A stretch of 64,000 bases of DNA from Octopus vulgaris (lineage: Eukaryota). Position 1 is the stretch's first letter; every line of letters begins with the position of its first letter. Below the pieces are notes generated by a model. That model ran no database searches, had not been told where the DNA came from, and saw only the letters and a program-made list of their open reading frames with translations. The DNA lies in the NCBI GenBank assembly GCA_951406725.2, contig OX597819.1:79670001-79734000 (forward strand), read 5' to 3'. The position numbers were made by a program, and so were the translations under genes. Of this stretch, positions 1 through 13,430 are shown piece by piece.

Positions 1-228
1 TATATAGGGAGTATCGCTCCAAACTTACAGGGAAAAATTAGATTTAGGATTAAATCAAATTTCACAGTATAAATATATAAAATATGAATTAGAGATAAAA
101 CCACTATTAGGCAATTCAAACAGTGATTGACACAAACCAATACATAAATAACAAATAATATAAATATAATTAATATAATATATAATATATATACATATAA
201 AATTTAAAATTTATCCCTAATTCATATT

Positions 229-263
<35 letters not shown>

Positions 264-699
264 TATATGTGTGTGATATCTTTGCAGTTAATAGCACCAC
301 CATCATCGCTCCAACTGTCACCAACAATATCATCGCTTCCGTAACTAAAACTATAACCCACATCATTAGTACCGTCATCCTTTGCACTATCACCACTACT
401 ACTATCAATTTCAACACCACTATTACTATGTTTCCCACGTAACTGACTCAACCATAATCATTTCAGCTACCACCACCAGTACTACCGCAAAAAACAGCAG
501 TCACAAGCACACTTAACCCCTTCAAAATCATCACCAACGCAACATTGACAACCAACGCCACCTACAGGAACACAAATAACGGCCAAAACCTACTCCAAAA
601 GGACAACCACTGTCATAGTATATACAACCCCCAATAACTAAACTGCAACCACCACCACTAATACGACCAACACTTCCGGCAACATAACCGCGCTCACTA

Positions 700-710
700 C
701 CATTACCAAA

Positions 711-760
<50 letters not shown>

Positions 761-773
761 AACAACAACAACA

Positions 774-807
<34 letters not shown>

Positions 808-815
808 GCACAACA
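700..815. repeat. (ACT)n/(ACA)n trinucleotide microsatellite within a low-complexity ACC/ACT-rich tract
   Basis: Direct inspection; explains the poly-V ORF 638..859. Confidence 0.95.
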
Positions 816-1484
816 ACAGACACCACCACTTCCACCACTGAAACAAGCAACCTTCCCACTGTGACACCGTCACTAACATCACTTTAAGAAGCTGTCCAAC
901 CAATACCACCGCCGCCAATAATGTTAATGGCACCACCATGAACACACCAACAGATTCACCGCCACCTTTTAGGTGAGGTTTTGCTATGTTTAATTTCTTT
1001 CTAAATTGTTTCATACAGAAAATTATATATTGTTTAATTAATGACATGCCGTCAAAAGCACAAAACTGTAAACTAGGCAATCTAACATAGTACTGTCTTA
1101 ATTGGTGACTCCTTTGTATAGTATGTGATCTATGTTACTTATAAAGGGATGAGCTGTGAATGTCGTCTCTGAAGAGCGTTCGAGAAACTGGGTAACGGTC
1201 TGTTAGGAGAATCCCCTGTTTTTTTTCTCTACTTTCACTGCGTAGAAAGAACATATTTACATCCAAATTTTACTCACAATAAAGATTTGTGAAGTATAGT
1301 GAGGTTTTGTAAAGTGCAATGGGACTTTTTAAAGAACAGTAAGGTTTCATAAATATTTAAACTATTACATACATACAAATTTGCGTGTGTTCGCACGTAT
1401 GCATGCATGTATGTATGTATGTATGTATGTATGTATGTATGTATGTATGTATGTATGTATGTATGTATGTATGTATGCATGTAT

Positions 1485-1645
1485 TAAGGCAGCGAATTCG
1501 GCAGCATCCATGAAACACTTAATAGAATACTTCACGGTATTTCTTGCGACTCCCTACGCTCTGAATTCAAATCCAACCGATCTCAATTTTGGCTTTCATT
1601 CATTCCAGGTCGATTAAAAAGTACCAATCTAAGTCGTTGGGTTGG
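1485..1645 (+). mobile_element. SINE family B (tRNA-like head), degraded copy
   Basis: Similar to the better copy at 43098-43330 (aaggcagcgaattcggcag...tgaattcaaatcc...ggctttcattcattccaggtcgatt...gtacca). Confidence 0.65.
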
Positions 1646-1683
1646 TGGACAAGACGCCAAGCTATGTCTGTTCCCGCTCTTTG

Positions 1684-1740
<57 letters not shown>

Positions 1741-1756
1741 TCAAATATATATATAT

Positions 1757-1978
1757 TCTCTTACTCTTTCATTCTTTTACTTGTTTCAGTCATTTTGACT
1801 GCGGTCAAGCTGGAGCATTGACTTAAAAGGTTTCAGTCGAAGAAGTCGATCCTACTACTTATTCTATCAGCCACTTTTGCCAAACTGCTAAGTTACGGAG
1901 ACATTGACACACTAGCATCGGTTGTCAAGCGATGGCTGGGGGAACAAAACCAGATACGCGCGCACGCAACAGACGCAG

Positions 1979-1985
<7 letters not shown>
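1757..1985 (-). mobile_element. SINE family A, 3' half
   Basis: Reverse complement of the family A tail (cttttacttgtttcagtcatttgactgcgg...gctggagca; agcatcggttgtcaagcgatg) seen at 2490-2670 and 9230-9400. Confidence 0.8.
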
Positions 1986-2029
<44 letters not shown>

Positions 2030-2206
2030 AGGTTCCCAAGTTGAGGTCTGCAGACCCCTGATGGTCCGCAGATGTAGTGCTGTGGGTCCTTGAACTAAAT
2101 TCAAATTTTCATGCATATATACATAAGGATAAGCATATTAAACGGGGTTGATGGAAAAACTCATTTAAATATAAGGGTTCTAAACCAGTGTTAGGAATCA
2201 TTGGTG

Positions 2207-2233
<27 letters not shown>

Positions 2234-2239
<6 letters not shown>

Positions 2240-2392
2240 GAGTGGCTGTGGTAAGAAGCTTGCTTCTCAATCGTATGATTCCGGGCTGAATCCCATTGCG
2301 TAGCACCTTGAGTAAGTGTCTTCTGCTATAGCGTCGGGCCGACCAAAGCCTTGTTAGTGGATTTGGTAGACGGAAACTGAAAGAAGTCCGTC

Positions 2393-2458
<66 letters not shown>

Positions 2459-2670
2459 ATCAGTTATTTGTGTCCGTGTTTTTCCCCCCCACCATCGCCT
2501 GACAACCGATGTTGGTGTGTTTACGTCCCCGTCACTTAGCGGTGCGGCAAAAAGAGTCCGATAGACTAAGTATTAGGCTTACAAAGAATAAGACCTGAGA
2601 TCGATTTGTTCGACCAAAGGCGGTGCTCCCGCATGACCGTAGTCAAAGGAGTGAAACAAATAAAAGAATA
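2234..2670 (+). mobile_element. SINE family A, full length, with internal (TA)n/(TG)n microsatellite
   Basis: A-box-like tggctgtggtaag and B-box-like gggctgaatccc head, shared body gtgtcttctgctatagc...gaccaaagccttg...ggaaactgaaagaag and tail gaaacaaataaaaga; many copies in the window. Confidence 0.85.
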
Positions 2671-2674
2671 TATA

Positions 2675-3855
2675 TTATGTTGTTTCACATGAAATGTATT
2701 TGAAAGGTAACAATAAAATGTTTCAGAAGTGTTAGAGAACTGATTTATTTAATCAAAGTATGATCCATGTTCATTTATGACATTTACCCAACTTTCTCTA
2801 TGTCAGATATCTATCTTTAAAAAAAAATGCATCTTTTGCCATGATAAACTGTCCGAAAGATTCAATTACCTCTTCTCTATTTAAGAATGTTGTATTGCTT
2901 ATGAAAAGCTCAAAATGATGATCAGTAGGAGTAATATCAGGGGAATAGGGAGAATGTTGCAAAATCTCGTAATTCAGGCTTTGAAACTTTGGGAGCGTAG
3001 CTTAAGGAGTGTGAGGATGTGCATTGCCGTGGAGCAAAATTGGGCCATCTTTATTCACTAGTCTGTGTTTCTTTTTCAAATTCTCATGCATACACTTAAT
3101 TCCCTGGCAATACGATGTTGCTGTTAACGTTTTTCCTTTTTGCAAAAATGAATATTGAATAACTCCCTTCGCAGACCACCATACACGGACCACTAACTTT
3201 TGAAGGTGCAATGGTGGGTTTGGATAATGTTTAGGTGACTCTCCAGCATCTAACCAATGTCCTGTTCTCCTGCTGTTGTCAAAGAGTATCCATTTCTCAT
3301 CACATGTAATGTTGTCTTTTTTCAGTCGAGAAAACAATAAGCAGCACACTTCGAGGCGTCTGTTTCTTTGAACCTCTTCCAGTTGATGTAGAACAAACCT
3401 ATTCGTTTTCTAGACCTTTCCAATATTTTACAGGTGTCCAAAAACAGTTGTGCGAGATGTTTGGAGTTCTGATGAAAGTTTTCGAACCTTTGTTCTCGGA
3501 TTTTGTTCAATTTAATTCATTTAATTCACCATGCTGAGTATCTGATTTTGGCCTACCCCTTGGTTTATTTTCAAGGCTATCATCTGCTGAACGAGAGCTT
3601 TGGAACCATCTCTGAAAAATTCTGATGTCAACAAAACCATTACCAAAGGCCCACTTGATATTCCATAGAGCTTTTGCGGCAGAGTAACCCAGTTTGTACT
3701 CATACGAGAAAATCACTGAACATAGTTTGGCTGTTATCATTTTCATTTCCATATTGTTGGGAAAGAAAAAAGTTTAAATGCAAGGTATTACATAATTAAG
3801 TTTTTAAATTACTGAAATAACAAGTAATTAAAAATGGGACATTTCATGTGGAAAA

Positions 3856-3860
<5 letters not shown>
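2675..3860 (-). mobile_element. mariner (Tc1/mariner superfamily) DNA transposon, near full length, decayed
   Basis: Imperfect TIRs TTATGTTGTTTCACATGAAATGT (2675-2697) and ACATTTCATGTGGAAAATCTAA (3839-3860), each flanked by TA; internal transposase remnants. Confidence 0.9.
2790..3752 (-). pseudogene. mariner transposase pseudogene
   Basis: ORF 3507..3752 gives the N-terminal HTH (YEYKLGYSAAKA...RWFQ...LENKPRGRP). ORF 3002..3349 gives ITCDEKW and LLHGNAHPH. HSPYSPDITPTDHHF reads at about 2912-2956. Frameshifts and stops present. Confidence 0.92.
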
Positions 3861-3906
<46 letters not shown>

Positions 3907-3951
3907 CATACATACATACACATATATATGTGTGTATATATATATATATAT

Positions 3952-4460
3952 GACAGGTTTCTTTCAGTGTTCGTCTATCAAATCCACTCACAAGGCTTTG
4001 GTCAGCCCGAGTCAAGCAGAAGACACTTGCCCAAGATGCCACACAGTGGGACTGAATCCGGAACCATGTGATTGTGAATCAAGCGTTTTACCACACAACT
4101 ACGCATGTATATGATTATTGATAAGGTGCGGGCGTAGGTGCGTGGTTAAAAAGCTCGCTTTGCAGCCACATGGGTTGCCTGCATCTCGGTCAAATGTCAT
4201 CTACTATAACCCACATACAGATCTATGCCTTGTGAGTGAACCTGATACACGGAAACTGTGTAGAAGCCAGTCATATACATGTACATGCATATATGTGTGT
4301 GTTTTTGCCCACCTCTAAACAGTGAGTAAAACCGGTGATGGTTTGTTTACGTTCCCGTAACTTAGCTGTTCTGCAAAAGTACTAAACTTAAAAAATAATT
4401 ACTAGGGTCGGTTTGTTCGTCCAAAGGCCTTGAAGGTGGTGCCCCAGGAATAACTTAACC
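3952..4460. mobile_element. Two head-to-head SINE family A copies (3952-4108 minus, 5' half; 4125-4460 plus, degraded)
   Basis: caaatccactcacaaggctttggtc...agacacttgcccaag...gtgggactgaa is the reverse complement of the family A head; the second copy retains cccgtaacttagc and gtcggtttgttcg. Confidence 0.75.
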
Positions 4461-4659
4461 ACTAAGCCACGCGCCTTCGCGACGAAAACTGTACCAACAT
4501 CTATAACAACACTAACAACAATGACAACAGAATGGTGAAGATCATCATCGTCATCATGATCATCATCATTATCATCATCATCATTATGAGCATCAGCATC
4601 AGCAGTGGCATTGCCTTCAACATGAAGAACAACGAACCAACAATCCAGGCTCAGCAAGA

Positions 4660-5460
4660 TTATTTGGTGGCGTGCTGAAAAGAATAGCCCAATCTCCCTG
4701 AAATTCCACTGTCTTGGAAGAGAACACATTGAATATTGATTTACAAACACGGGGGCAAAGATAAGATAGTCACGGCTGGAATGTTTTTTGATCACCAGTC
4801 TCCTCCATATTAAGTGTCCTGGGGGTTACGTATCAATAGCGAAAACATGCAAAGAGGACTGGGAGTTAAAGCGTCATGGGGAAGAAATAGCAGCCAAATG
4901 CCCTAAAAGCACATCTTATTATCTTGACACAGGACACGTTGGATAATGTAGTCCTAGTTATATCGCAGATGGTGTTCACAACTGGAATAAAGGACAGTGG
5001 GACTTAGAAGTAATCTCTACGTTTTTGTTGGGTACGCTAGAAATAGTAGTCAAAGTCCCCTCAAATCACAATCAAACGTCTTTCAAACGGAAGGTCTTAG
5101 ATAATTTAGTCACAGAAAAATAATTTGAAGTAAATATAATCATGACTGGAACACATTTGATTGTCGGTCTGCAGAATAACATTTGAACCTGAGGCTAAAC
5201 CAGAACAAAAACAGTAAGGAAATATCAAAAATTTACCATCCAGATTATTATCAAAAACGGAGTGTGCCTCTACTTAGTGGCTAGAAACAGCAGTCATATA
5301 CTGTCAAAATATATTACCGCTAAAAAAGGAGAAAGTGTAGGTTACTGTCAACAACGTGATGTTAGATACGCTTAAACAGACAGGATAGTCAAGGCTGGAA
5401 TGCCTTTGATCACAGGTCTTCCTAATCACGATTGATGTGGAACTGAACAACGTCAACAAG
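4660..5460 (+). repeat. Cluster of about four degenerate copies of an unclassified 150-200 bp interspersed repeat
   Basis: Recurrent motifs gctagaaatagcagccaaatctccctcaaat, ggacacattggataatgtagtcctag and ggctggaatgcctttgatca; again at 7120-7620. Confidence 0.65.
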
Positions 5461-5889
5461 AGAAACGATAGCAATAACGTTAGAAGTGAAAACAATAAAA
5501 TGTCTGCCATCACCAACAATATCCGCGACAAGAGCAGTAAGAAAATGAAACAAGTAGTATTTGAAGACCACTTTGAATACAGACAACAACAATAGCAATA
5601 AATGCCGATGGTTGAAGATGTAGGAAGGAACGTCTTCTGAAGTAAATGGCCTGGCCCTGAATCAATAGAATTACTTGGTTAGGGTGTCTTAGACAAAAGA
5701 CGGCTGTAATGTGTTCACAGAGAATACATGTTTAATTAACGCGATAATTACACTTGGCAAGGGAAGAAGAGAAAAAAGAAAGACAGAGTTGTTGTCGCCC
5801 AGCCTACACGAGAACGTTAATTGTGATAGAACTCTCGAGAACTTTTTTCAATTGAACAACAGCGATGAAGTCGACAGCAACAAGCGCCG

Positions 5890-6471
5890 CCACCGCCGTC
5901 GACGATGAGGATGTTGAGAATGAGGATGAGGATGAAGACGACGATACGATGGTGACGATAACTAGGATGATGACAACAGCTATAAGGACGACGGCAAAAA
6001 CAGCAGCAGCAGCAACAACAACAATAACAAGAACACAAATAACAACAGCATCAACATCAATAGCACCAGCAACATCATCATCATCATCATCAACGTCATC
6101 ATCGTCATCATCTTCATCAACATCATCGTCATCATCATCATCATCCCCATCATCTTCATCATCATCATCGTCGTCGTCTTCATCATCATCATCATCATCA
6201 TCATCAACAAGATCATCATCATCATCATCATCATCATCAACAACAACAACAACAACAACAACAACCACAACAACAACAGCAGCAGCAACAAGAGATTAGC
6301 AGTGACATTAACGATATCAGCAACAGCATCATTAGCAGCAGCTGCAACAGCAGCAGCAGCACCACCAACACCAACACCAGTGCAACCAAGAAGTATAAAG
6401 CAAACACAAACAGTAAAAAAAAAACAAACAGCGTCAACAGCAACAACAAAAACAACGGCAGCAGGAAACCA

Positions 6472-6525
<54 letters not shown>

Positions 6526-6742
6526 TGCATCAATAACAGCAATACAACAAAAACAACATCACAAACAACTACAATGGTAGTAGTAATTGAAATAACGTCA
6601 ACAATAAGAACAATAACAACACCAAAAAAGAACTTTAATAATAACAACGATAACAAAAGGAACAACAGCAACAGCGAAAATTTTGACAGCAGACCCAGCA
6701 GCAGCAGCAGCAGCATTGCAAATAAGAGCATAAGCCAACAGC

Positions 6743-6777
<35 letters not shown>

Positions 6778-6810
6778 GCTGCATCAACAGACTCAGGCAA
6801 CAACACCAGC
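5890..6810. repeat. Compound trinucleotide microsatellite region (CAT, CAA, CAG, AAT)
   Basis: Direct inspection; source of homopolymeric ORFs in all frames. Confidence 0.95.
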
Positions 6811-7119
6811 AACCAAAATGCCGGAAAAAAAAAGAAAGGGAATTTTAAACTGGTAAAAATATATAAAATTTAAAAGCAAATCACCAGAATGTCCAAAAAA
6901 AGACAAAAAAAAGACAAAAAACAAATATTGAAACAATAAAATGAAAATAACTAACAAAAAAAGGTATAAAATAAAGATTTAAAATGAAATAAATTGAAGA
7001 CGAATCAACCATGAAACAAACTAATCAAGCAGCGATCAATGTACCCGACAAACCAATTAAACACTTTATCATTTAACCCACTCAACCGACCAATCAATGT
7101 ATAAGCCAATGAAGGAACT

Positions 7120-7620
7120 TCTTCGTTTTACGCTCATCCTGCTAGAAGAAAAATAAGAGCCAAAATCTCTCCCTCAAATCATCCACTGTCTGCAATAAAT
7201 AAAGGACACATTTCGTAATGTAGTACTGACTAGTCCAAAACTGGCAGGAAGTTCACGGATGGAATGTCTATCATTATTGGACTATTTGATTAGGCTTGGT
7301 CGCATTCTACACAATATCTGCAGGGACGAAATCCGCGACGGAGTTCACATCGAACTCCGTGAAGACGGCCAGTCAACAAAAAATAGTCAAATCTCCATTA
7401 AATCTATTCTCTTACCAAACGATGAAGGACACAGAATATAGTTTGTGATACGCCGTGTCTGAAAACAATGAAAAAGACACCCTTGTCACGGTTGGAAAGC
7501 CTTTGATCATTCTTGTTCTGTCTAAATAAAGGAAGAACGCATTGAATAATGTAGTCCTAGATGCACTATCACTGAGATTACATTTGATCACGATTGAAAT
7601 ACCTTATTTTCATGATAGTT
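7120..7620 (+). repeat. About three more degenerate copies of the 4660-5460 repeat
   Basis: gctagaag...ccaaaatctctccctcaaatc, aaaggacacatt..taatgtagt, gtcacggttggaaagcctttgatca. Confidence 0.6.
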
Positions 7621-8167
7621 GATATTTGATTAAATAGCCACATCACAGCACGTAAAAGAAGCCATAGTTTTACGGAGTTACATTTCTACAGCCATCTGAT
7701 GACACGATAACAGCATAAACTATGTCTGGTGGAGTTTAAATTTCAGTGGCAGGGAAAGGAAAGTGAGTTCAGAATACCTAATTACCAATGGCATGTAACT
7801 AGTAGAGCTCTGAAGTCGTAGTCTTCTGTGGTAGTGGAATAACAGACAGTTCGTCTGTCGATGAAGAGCGCGTCTATCCGCGTGAACTGATGCGAATTGC
7901 AGGACTCAGGGAACATCGACACCGCGAACGCACATTGCGGCCCCGGGATCCTATAGGTCTGCTCGCTTAGCCAGCGGGGTGGCGTCATTTGAAGGCTAAA
8001 ACAATGCGAAGCGCATTGTAGGCAGCAATGTGTAACAACATCTGATAGCCTGGTCGGTCCCGGTGATATACATATATATATAAACATGAGATCGCCATGT
8101 TGATTCGCTAGCTTCTGCACGCATTTTTTTTCTCTCCTTGTTTCTTTCTGTGTTTCTTTTCTGTGTA

Positions 8168-8205
8168 TCTTTCTGTTGAAGAGCGTAGCCTCGAAACGTA
8201 AAAGA
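8168..8205 (+). ncRNA. Degenerate minimal type I hammerhead-like motif in a short repeat (related copy 13147-13178)
   Basis: TCTTT-CTG[TTG]AAGA-G..C-GAAACGTA-AAAGA: stem I TCTTT/AAAGA and palindromic ACGT stem III; core has a 3-nt insertion. Confidence 0.45.
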
Positions 8206-8350
8206 CTTGTTTTATTTATATTCCTGAGCGCCATACTAATACAATTGTTTTTTTATATTCCACCTGCCTTCGTCTTTTGTTTATTTTCATAAACCTTCCC
8301 GTTATATATAAACATATGTATACATATATATACACACACACACACACATA

Positions 8351-8414
<64 letters not shown>

Positions 8415-8423
8415 GTATATATA

Positions 8424-8585
8424 TGCGCACGCATGGTTGTGCTGCAGGAAATTTGCTTCCTAACCGCATGGTTCTGAGTTCAGTCCCACAGCGTGGCATC
8501 TTGGGTAAGTGTCTTTTTCTATTGCCTCGGACCGATCAAAACCTTGTGAGTGGCTATGGTAGACGGAACCTGAAAGAAGCCCGTC

Positions 8586-8634
<49 letters not shown>

Positions 8635-8870
8635 TGTATGTATGTATGTATGTTTGTATTTGTGTGTTTGTTCCCGTCATCACTTGACAACCGATGCTGC
8701 TGTATTTACGTCCCAGTAATTTAACGGTTCGGTAGAAAGAGAACTGATAGCATAAGTAGTAGGCTTATAAAGATTAAGTCCTGTGGTCGATTTGTTCCAC
8801 TAAAATCTTTTAAGGCAATGCCCCACCATTAACCACAGTCAAATGACTTGAGCAAAGGATAAGTATGCGT
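8424..8870 (+). mobile_element. SINE family A, full length
   Basis: Same head, body and tail as 2234-2670, with internal (TA)n. Confidence 0.85.
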
Positions 8871-8925
8871 GTGTATATGTTTGTGTGTCTGTATTTGTCC
8901 CCTAACAAAGAACAAAGGAGTAAAA

Positions 8926-8977
<52 letters not shown>

Positions 8978-8979
<2 letters not shown>

Positions 8980-9138
8980 CGAAGGAGTGGCAGTGTGGTT
9001 AGTAGCTTGCTTAAAAACCACATGCTTCCGGGTTCAGTCCTACTGCGTGGCACGTTGGGCAAGTGTCTTCTACTATAGCCTCGGGCCGACCAAAACCTTG
9101 TGAGTGATTTGGTAAATGGAAACTGAAAGAAGCCCGTC

Positions 9139-9185
<47 letters not shown>

Positions 9186-9405
9186 TTTGTGTGTGTGTGT
9201 ATTTTTGTGTGTCTGTATTTGTCCCCCAACACCGATGCTGGTGTGTTTACGTCCCCCGGATCGGCAAAAGAGGCCGATAGAATAAGTACTGGGCTTACAA
9301 AGAAAAAGTCCTGGGGTCGATTTACTTGACTAAAGGCGGTGCCCCAGCATGACCGTAGTCAATTCATTGAAACAAGTAAAAAATAATAAAAAGAATAAAA
9401 AAGAA
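8978..9405 (+). mobile_element. SINE family A, full length
   Basis: ggagtggcagtgtggttagtagcttgc...gggttcagtcc...tail ggcggtgccccagcatgaccgtagtc...gaaacaagtaaaa. Confidence 0.88.
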
Positions 9406-9559
9406 TATATATACAAAAACACTAAATATATAAATACTTCATATATGTTTATGTATGTTTATAATATATGCATACATGAATGCATGCATGTATACACACA
9501 TACACACACGTATTACATAAATATAGACATATAAATATATATTAGACGAGAAAAAATAG

Positions 9560-9970
9560 GAGAAGAAGAAGAAGAAGAAGAAGAAGAAGAAGAAGAAGAA
9601 GAAGAAGAAGAAGAAGAAGAAGAAGAAGAAGAAGAAGAAGAAGAAGAAGAAGCTAAGAGAAATCTGAGGAGCCGAAGGGGAAGAAAGAGAAGAAGGATGA
9701 GGTGGAGGAGGCGGAAAGGGGTGTATTACATCTCCCAATTCCTAGACGATCTGATGGGTGATGTCGACTTAAAAACTTTTTCCCCAAACTGCAGGTGCTT
9801 CTGGCAGAGATGCGTCAACGGAGAAAAAGTCTACATTGGTTTGGTACCCCGGGCACGTCTCCAACAATCATATCCCCAATAGAGCCCTTTAAAAAGCCAA
9901 TTCACTGACTGCTCATTTCCACGTGTGCATTCATGTCTCCCCCACATTTATATATATATATATATATATG

Positions 9971-10041
<71 letters not shown>

Positions 10042-10455
10042 AGGTCTTTTTTAATTATATTTTTGTTCTTTCCGTATCTTTTTCCTTCTTTCCTTCCTAT
10101 CTTCCTTCTTTCCTTCCTCTCTTCCTTCCTTCCTTCATTTCTTTATCATTTTCTTAGGTTTTCTCTTTTACTTTCTTTACTATGATTTCTTCTTCTTCTT
10201 CTTCTTCTTCTTCTTCTTCTTCTTCTTCTTCTTCTTCTTCTTCTTCTTCCATTTCTGTTACTGTTGTTATTGTTGTTTTAAACACACACACACACAGACA
10301 TACACAGACACACACACACACATACACACACACACACATACACATACACACATACACACCCCACCTCACATGCAACCCACATGTCTTTCTATACTTGCGA
10401 GTATGAAAGTTTGTGTGTGCGCGTGTGTATGTGTGTGTGTGCGTGCGCGTGTGTA

Positions 10456-10490
<35 letters not shown>

Positions 10491-11170
10491 TCGCATTGTG
10501 TGTGTGTATCGTTGTCTTGGCACAATTCACAACCAAAATCTTATCAAGCTGTTTGACAAGTGCCAATAAACTACGGAAAATTTCGGAACGTTCCTTCTCT
10601 CAATTTACACTTCCATGCATTTATTACACACACACACACACACACCACATCACATTCATGTCCTTATAAGAATCTATTAAATGCCCCGTCCTACCTGACA
10701 CTCTTCTGCTAGCTTAACACTCTCATTCCTTCTTTCCTATCCCTGCTCCTCTTACTCCTCCCACGGTGCGACTTTTCAGCTCCTACCACACCCTTATCCT
10801 CCTTGCCCTTTCTCTCTTTTTCCTCTTATTTCACACATAAGCTCACCTTTTCTTTTTATGCAGCTTACACTAGTTTCAATATCATATTATCTCCCTTGAC
10901 TCTTCACAGCACCTCTTCTCAACTTGGACATCGCTTCTTATAAACATACTATCAGTTATTGCTGTTGTTTATACACACATCTTGCACACGCAATCGAGCA
11001 GATACACATGCAGTCAAGTGCACACGCACGCAGACACACGCAGATTCATACACTGCTTATTACTTTGAATATGCACATACATGTATGTGATGTATATATA
11101 TATATATACATGTCTATGTATATACATACACAAGTATGTATTATTTGCGTGTATGTATGTATATATATGC

Positions 11171-11206
<36 letters not shown>

Positions 11207-12097
11207 ATGTGTATGTATATATTACATGTGTGTATCATTCTACACATATGTATCCGTCTATCTATACACTCTTCAAAAACATTTCCAACTTACAGACAGA
11301 TTATATTCCATCTTTTTCTTCCCTAATCGAGAGTTCTTCTTCTTCTTCTTCTTCTTCTTCTTCTTCTTCTTCTTCTTCTTCTTCTTCTTCTTCTTCTTCT
11401 TCTTCTTCTTCTTCTTCTTCTTCTTCTTCTTCTTCTTCTTCTTCTTCTTCTTCTTCTTCTTCTTCTTCTCCTTCTTCTCCTCCTCCTCCTCCTCTTTCCA
11501 TTCCTCGATTCCTTACTTTTACTCTTCCCCATTTTTCTTTCCTTTTGTCTCCATTTTGTTTTTGCTTCCTTTCTCTTTCATTTATACACACATCCGAATG
11601 CAATTACAGACAACATTAACACTCACACACCACCGCTCGCGAACACACTGTTACATGCATACACACACACACCCACACACATACACACAGGTGCGCATAC
11701 ACACACAGACACACACACACAGGGGCATAAAAGTACATATATGAATGCGAAACTAAGGAGTCTCAAAAGAGATGAATGCATATACAAACACACACTCGGT
11801 GCACGTATATAAACACACACACTGACACATAAGTTCATATATATAAACAAGCATTATGACTTTCAAACCCAAAAGTTCTCTGCATAGACGCATATAGAAC
11901 GCACACGAACATATTTATACATTCTCATTGAAGGTTGTATGGTTATAGAATATCACTGGCTTTCTGTCAGAAAAAAAAACCAAATTATTTCGTCCTTCTT
12001 GATGATGATTTTGTTCATCATCATCATCACCATCATCATCACCACCACCACCACCACCACCACCACCACCACCACCACCACCACCACCACCACCACC

Positions 12098-12170
<73 letters not shown>

Positions 12171-12251
12171 CCAACATCATCAACAACAGCAGCAGCATCG
12201 TCAACATACCACCACCATTACCCTCCCATGGTTGCCTTCTTCTTCTTCTTC

Positions 12252-12318
<67 letters not shown>

Positions 12319-12335
12319 TATTATTATTATTACTC
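9560..12335. repeat. Series of long microsatellites: (GAA)n 9560-9650, (TTC)n 10187-10250 and 11335-11470, (CAT/CAC)n 12015-12175, (TTA)n 12255-12330, plus (TA)n/(CA)n
   Basis: Direct inspection. Confidence 0.95.
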
Positions 12336-13295
12336 CTAATTTCCAACGGCTGTATGAGTCTTCGAAGATAGTTGCTCCCATAAATACCAAAATGAATTTC
12401 GGGATTTATGGAGGATCAACGTTGGGAACAAAAACAGGACAGTAGAGACGTACAAGGAAACCGAACGAGCTGCCAGATTTGTTAGCACGCTGGACGAAAT
12501 GCTTAGCAGTCCGTTGTGTAAGGGTGATTAGGGATCGCTGGTGTATTGTATCCTAAATGGGCATCGTGTTCATTCCTTAATGTCCAGCCTTTTTCTGCAT
12601 CGTGGTGGGAAGGTTAAACGATTGAGTGTCAGAGCCATGCCATCAGGGACTTTGAGCTCCTGGATGGATCATCCGAAGGCGGACAGCTTTGACACCGGCG
12701 GTGCTAGGGTTGCAACCCCGCTAATGGTGAATTCCAGGCGGCGCCTGTTCTGAATCTGGCGGCTTACAGTTGGCGTTGAATTGCGTCAGTGGGCATCATG
12801 CGGTGAGAAGATTATAACACGAGAGTGACCTGCCACCGGTCGTGTATGGCGGCTTGTAAATACAAGCGGGAACTGTTTTCGCGGATTTTGATCATCTCTT
12901 GAAATTCCTATGAACTAATAGGAGTTGGCTTAACCCCTCCCGGGGGAATGCCGTTGCAAGACGAGAATAAGAAGGTATCGTGTTATTTTGTTGTATAATG
13001 TTCATGTAACATGCGCAGTCTGAATGGTGGCATGTGTTTTTGTTCCGGTTGTTACTCCTTAAAAATCTGTAGGCATGGTTGTGTCGTTAAGAAGCTCAAT
13101 TTGGAAAGCAGACAAATGGTTTTGGATCTAGTCTCACTCCACGTCACTGTCGAAGAGAGTAGTTTCGAAACGTAAAAGTCGGGCGTTAAACTATTACACC
13201 TGCTTGCTGTTTCTACACCTTGTATTAGTTTGACGCTTCGTCAAGGAAAAAGTCCAGAGAAGGAAATGTAATCGCTAACGGCTCCTCGTTTGTGG

Positions 13296-13353
<58 letters not shown>

Positions 13354-13373
13354 ATATATATTTATGTATAGTG

Positions 13374-13430
<57 letters not shown>

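Noticed and set aside
1163-1200. CTGAAGA...GAAAC hammerhead-like string
   Set aside because: Stem II does not pair and stem I needs an insertion; too weak
7692-7732. CTGATGA...TAAAC..GTC motif
   Set aside because: GAAA box is mutated and there is no stem II
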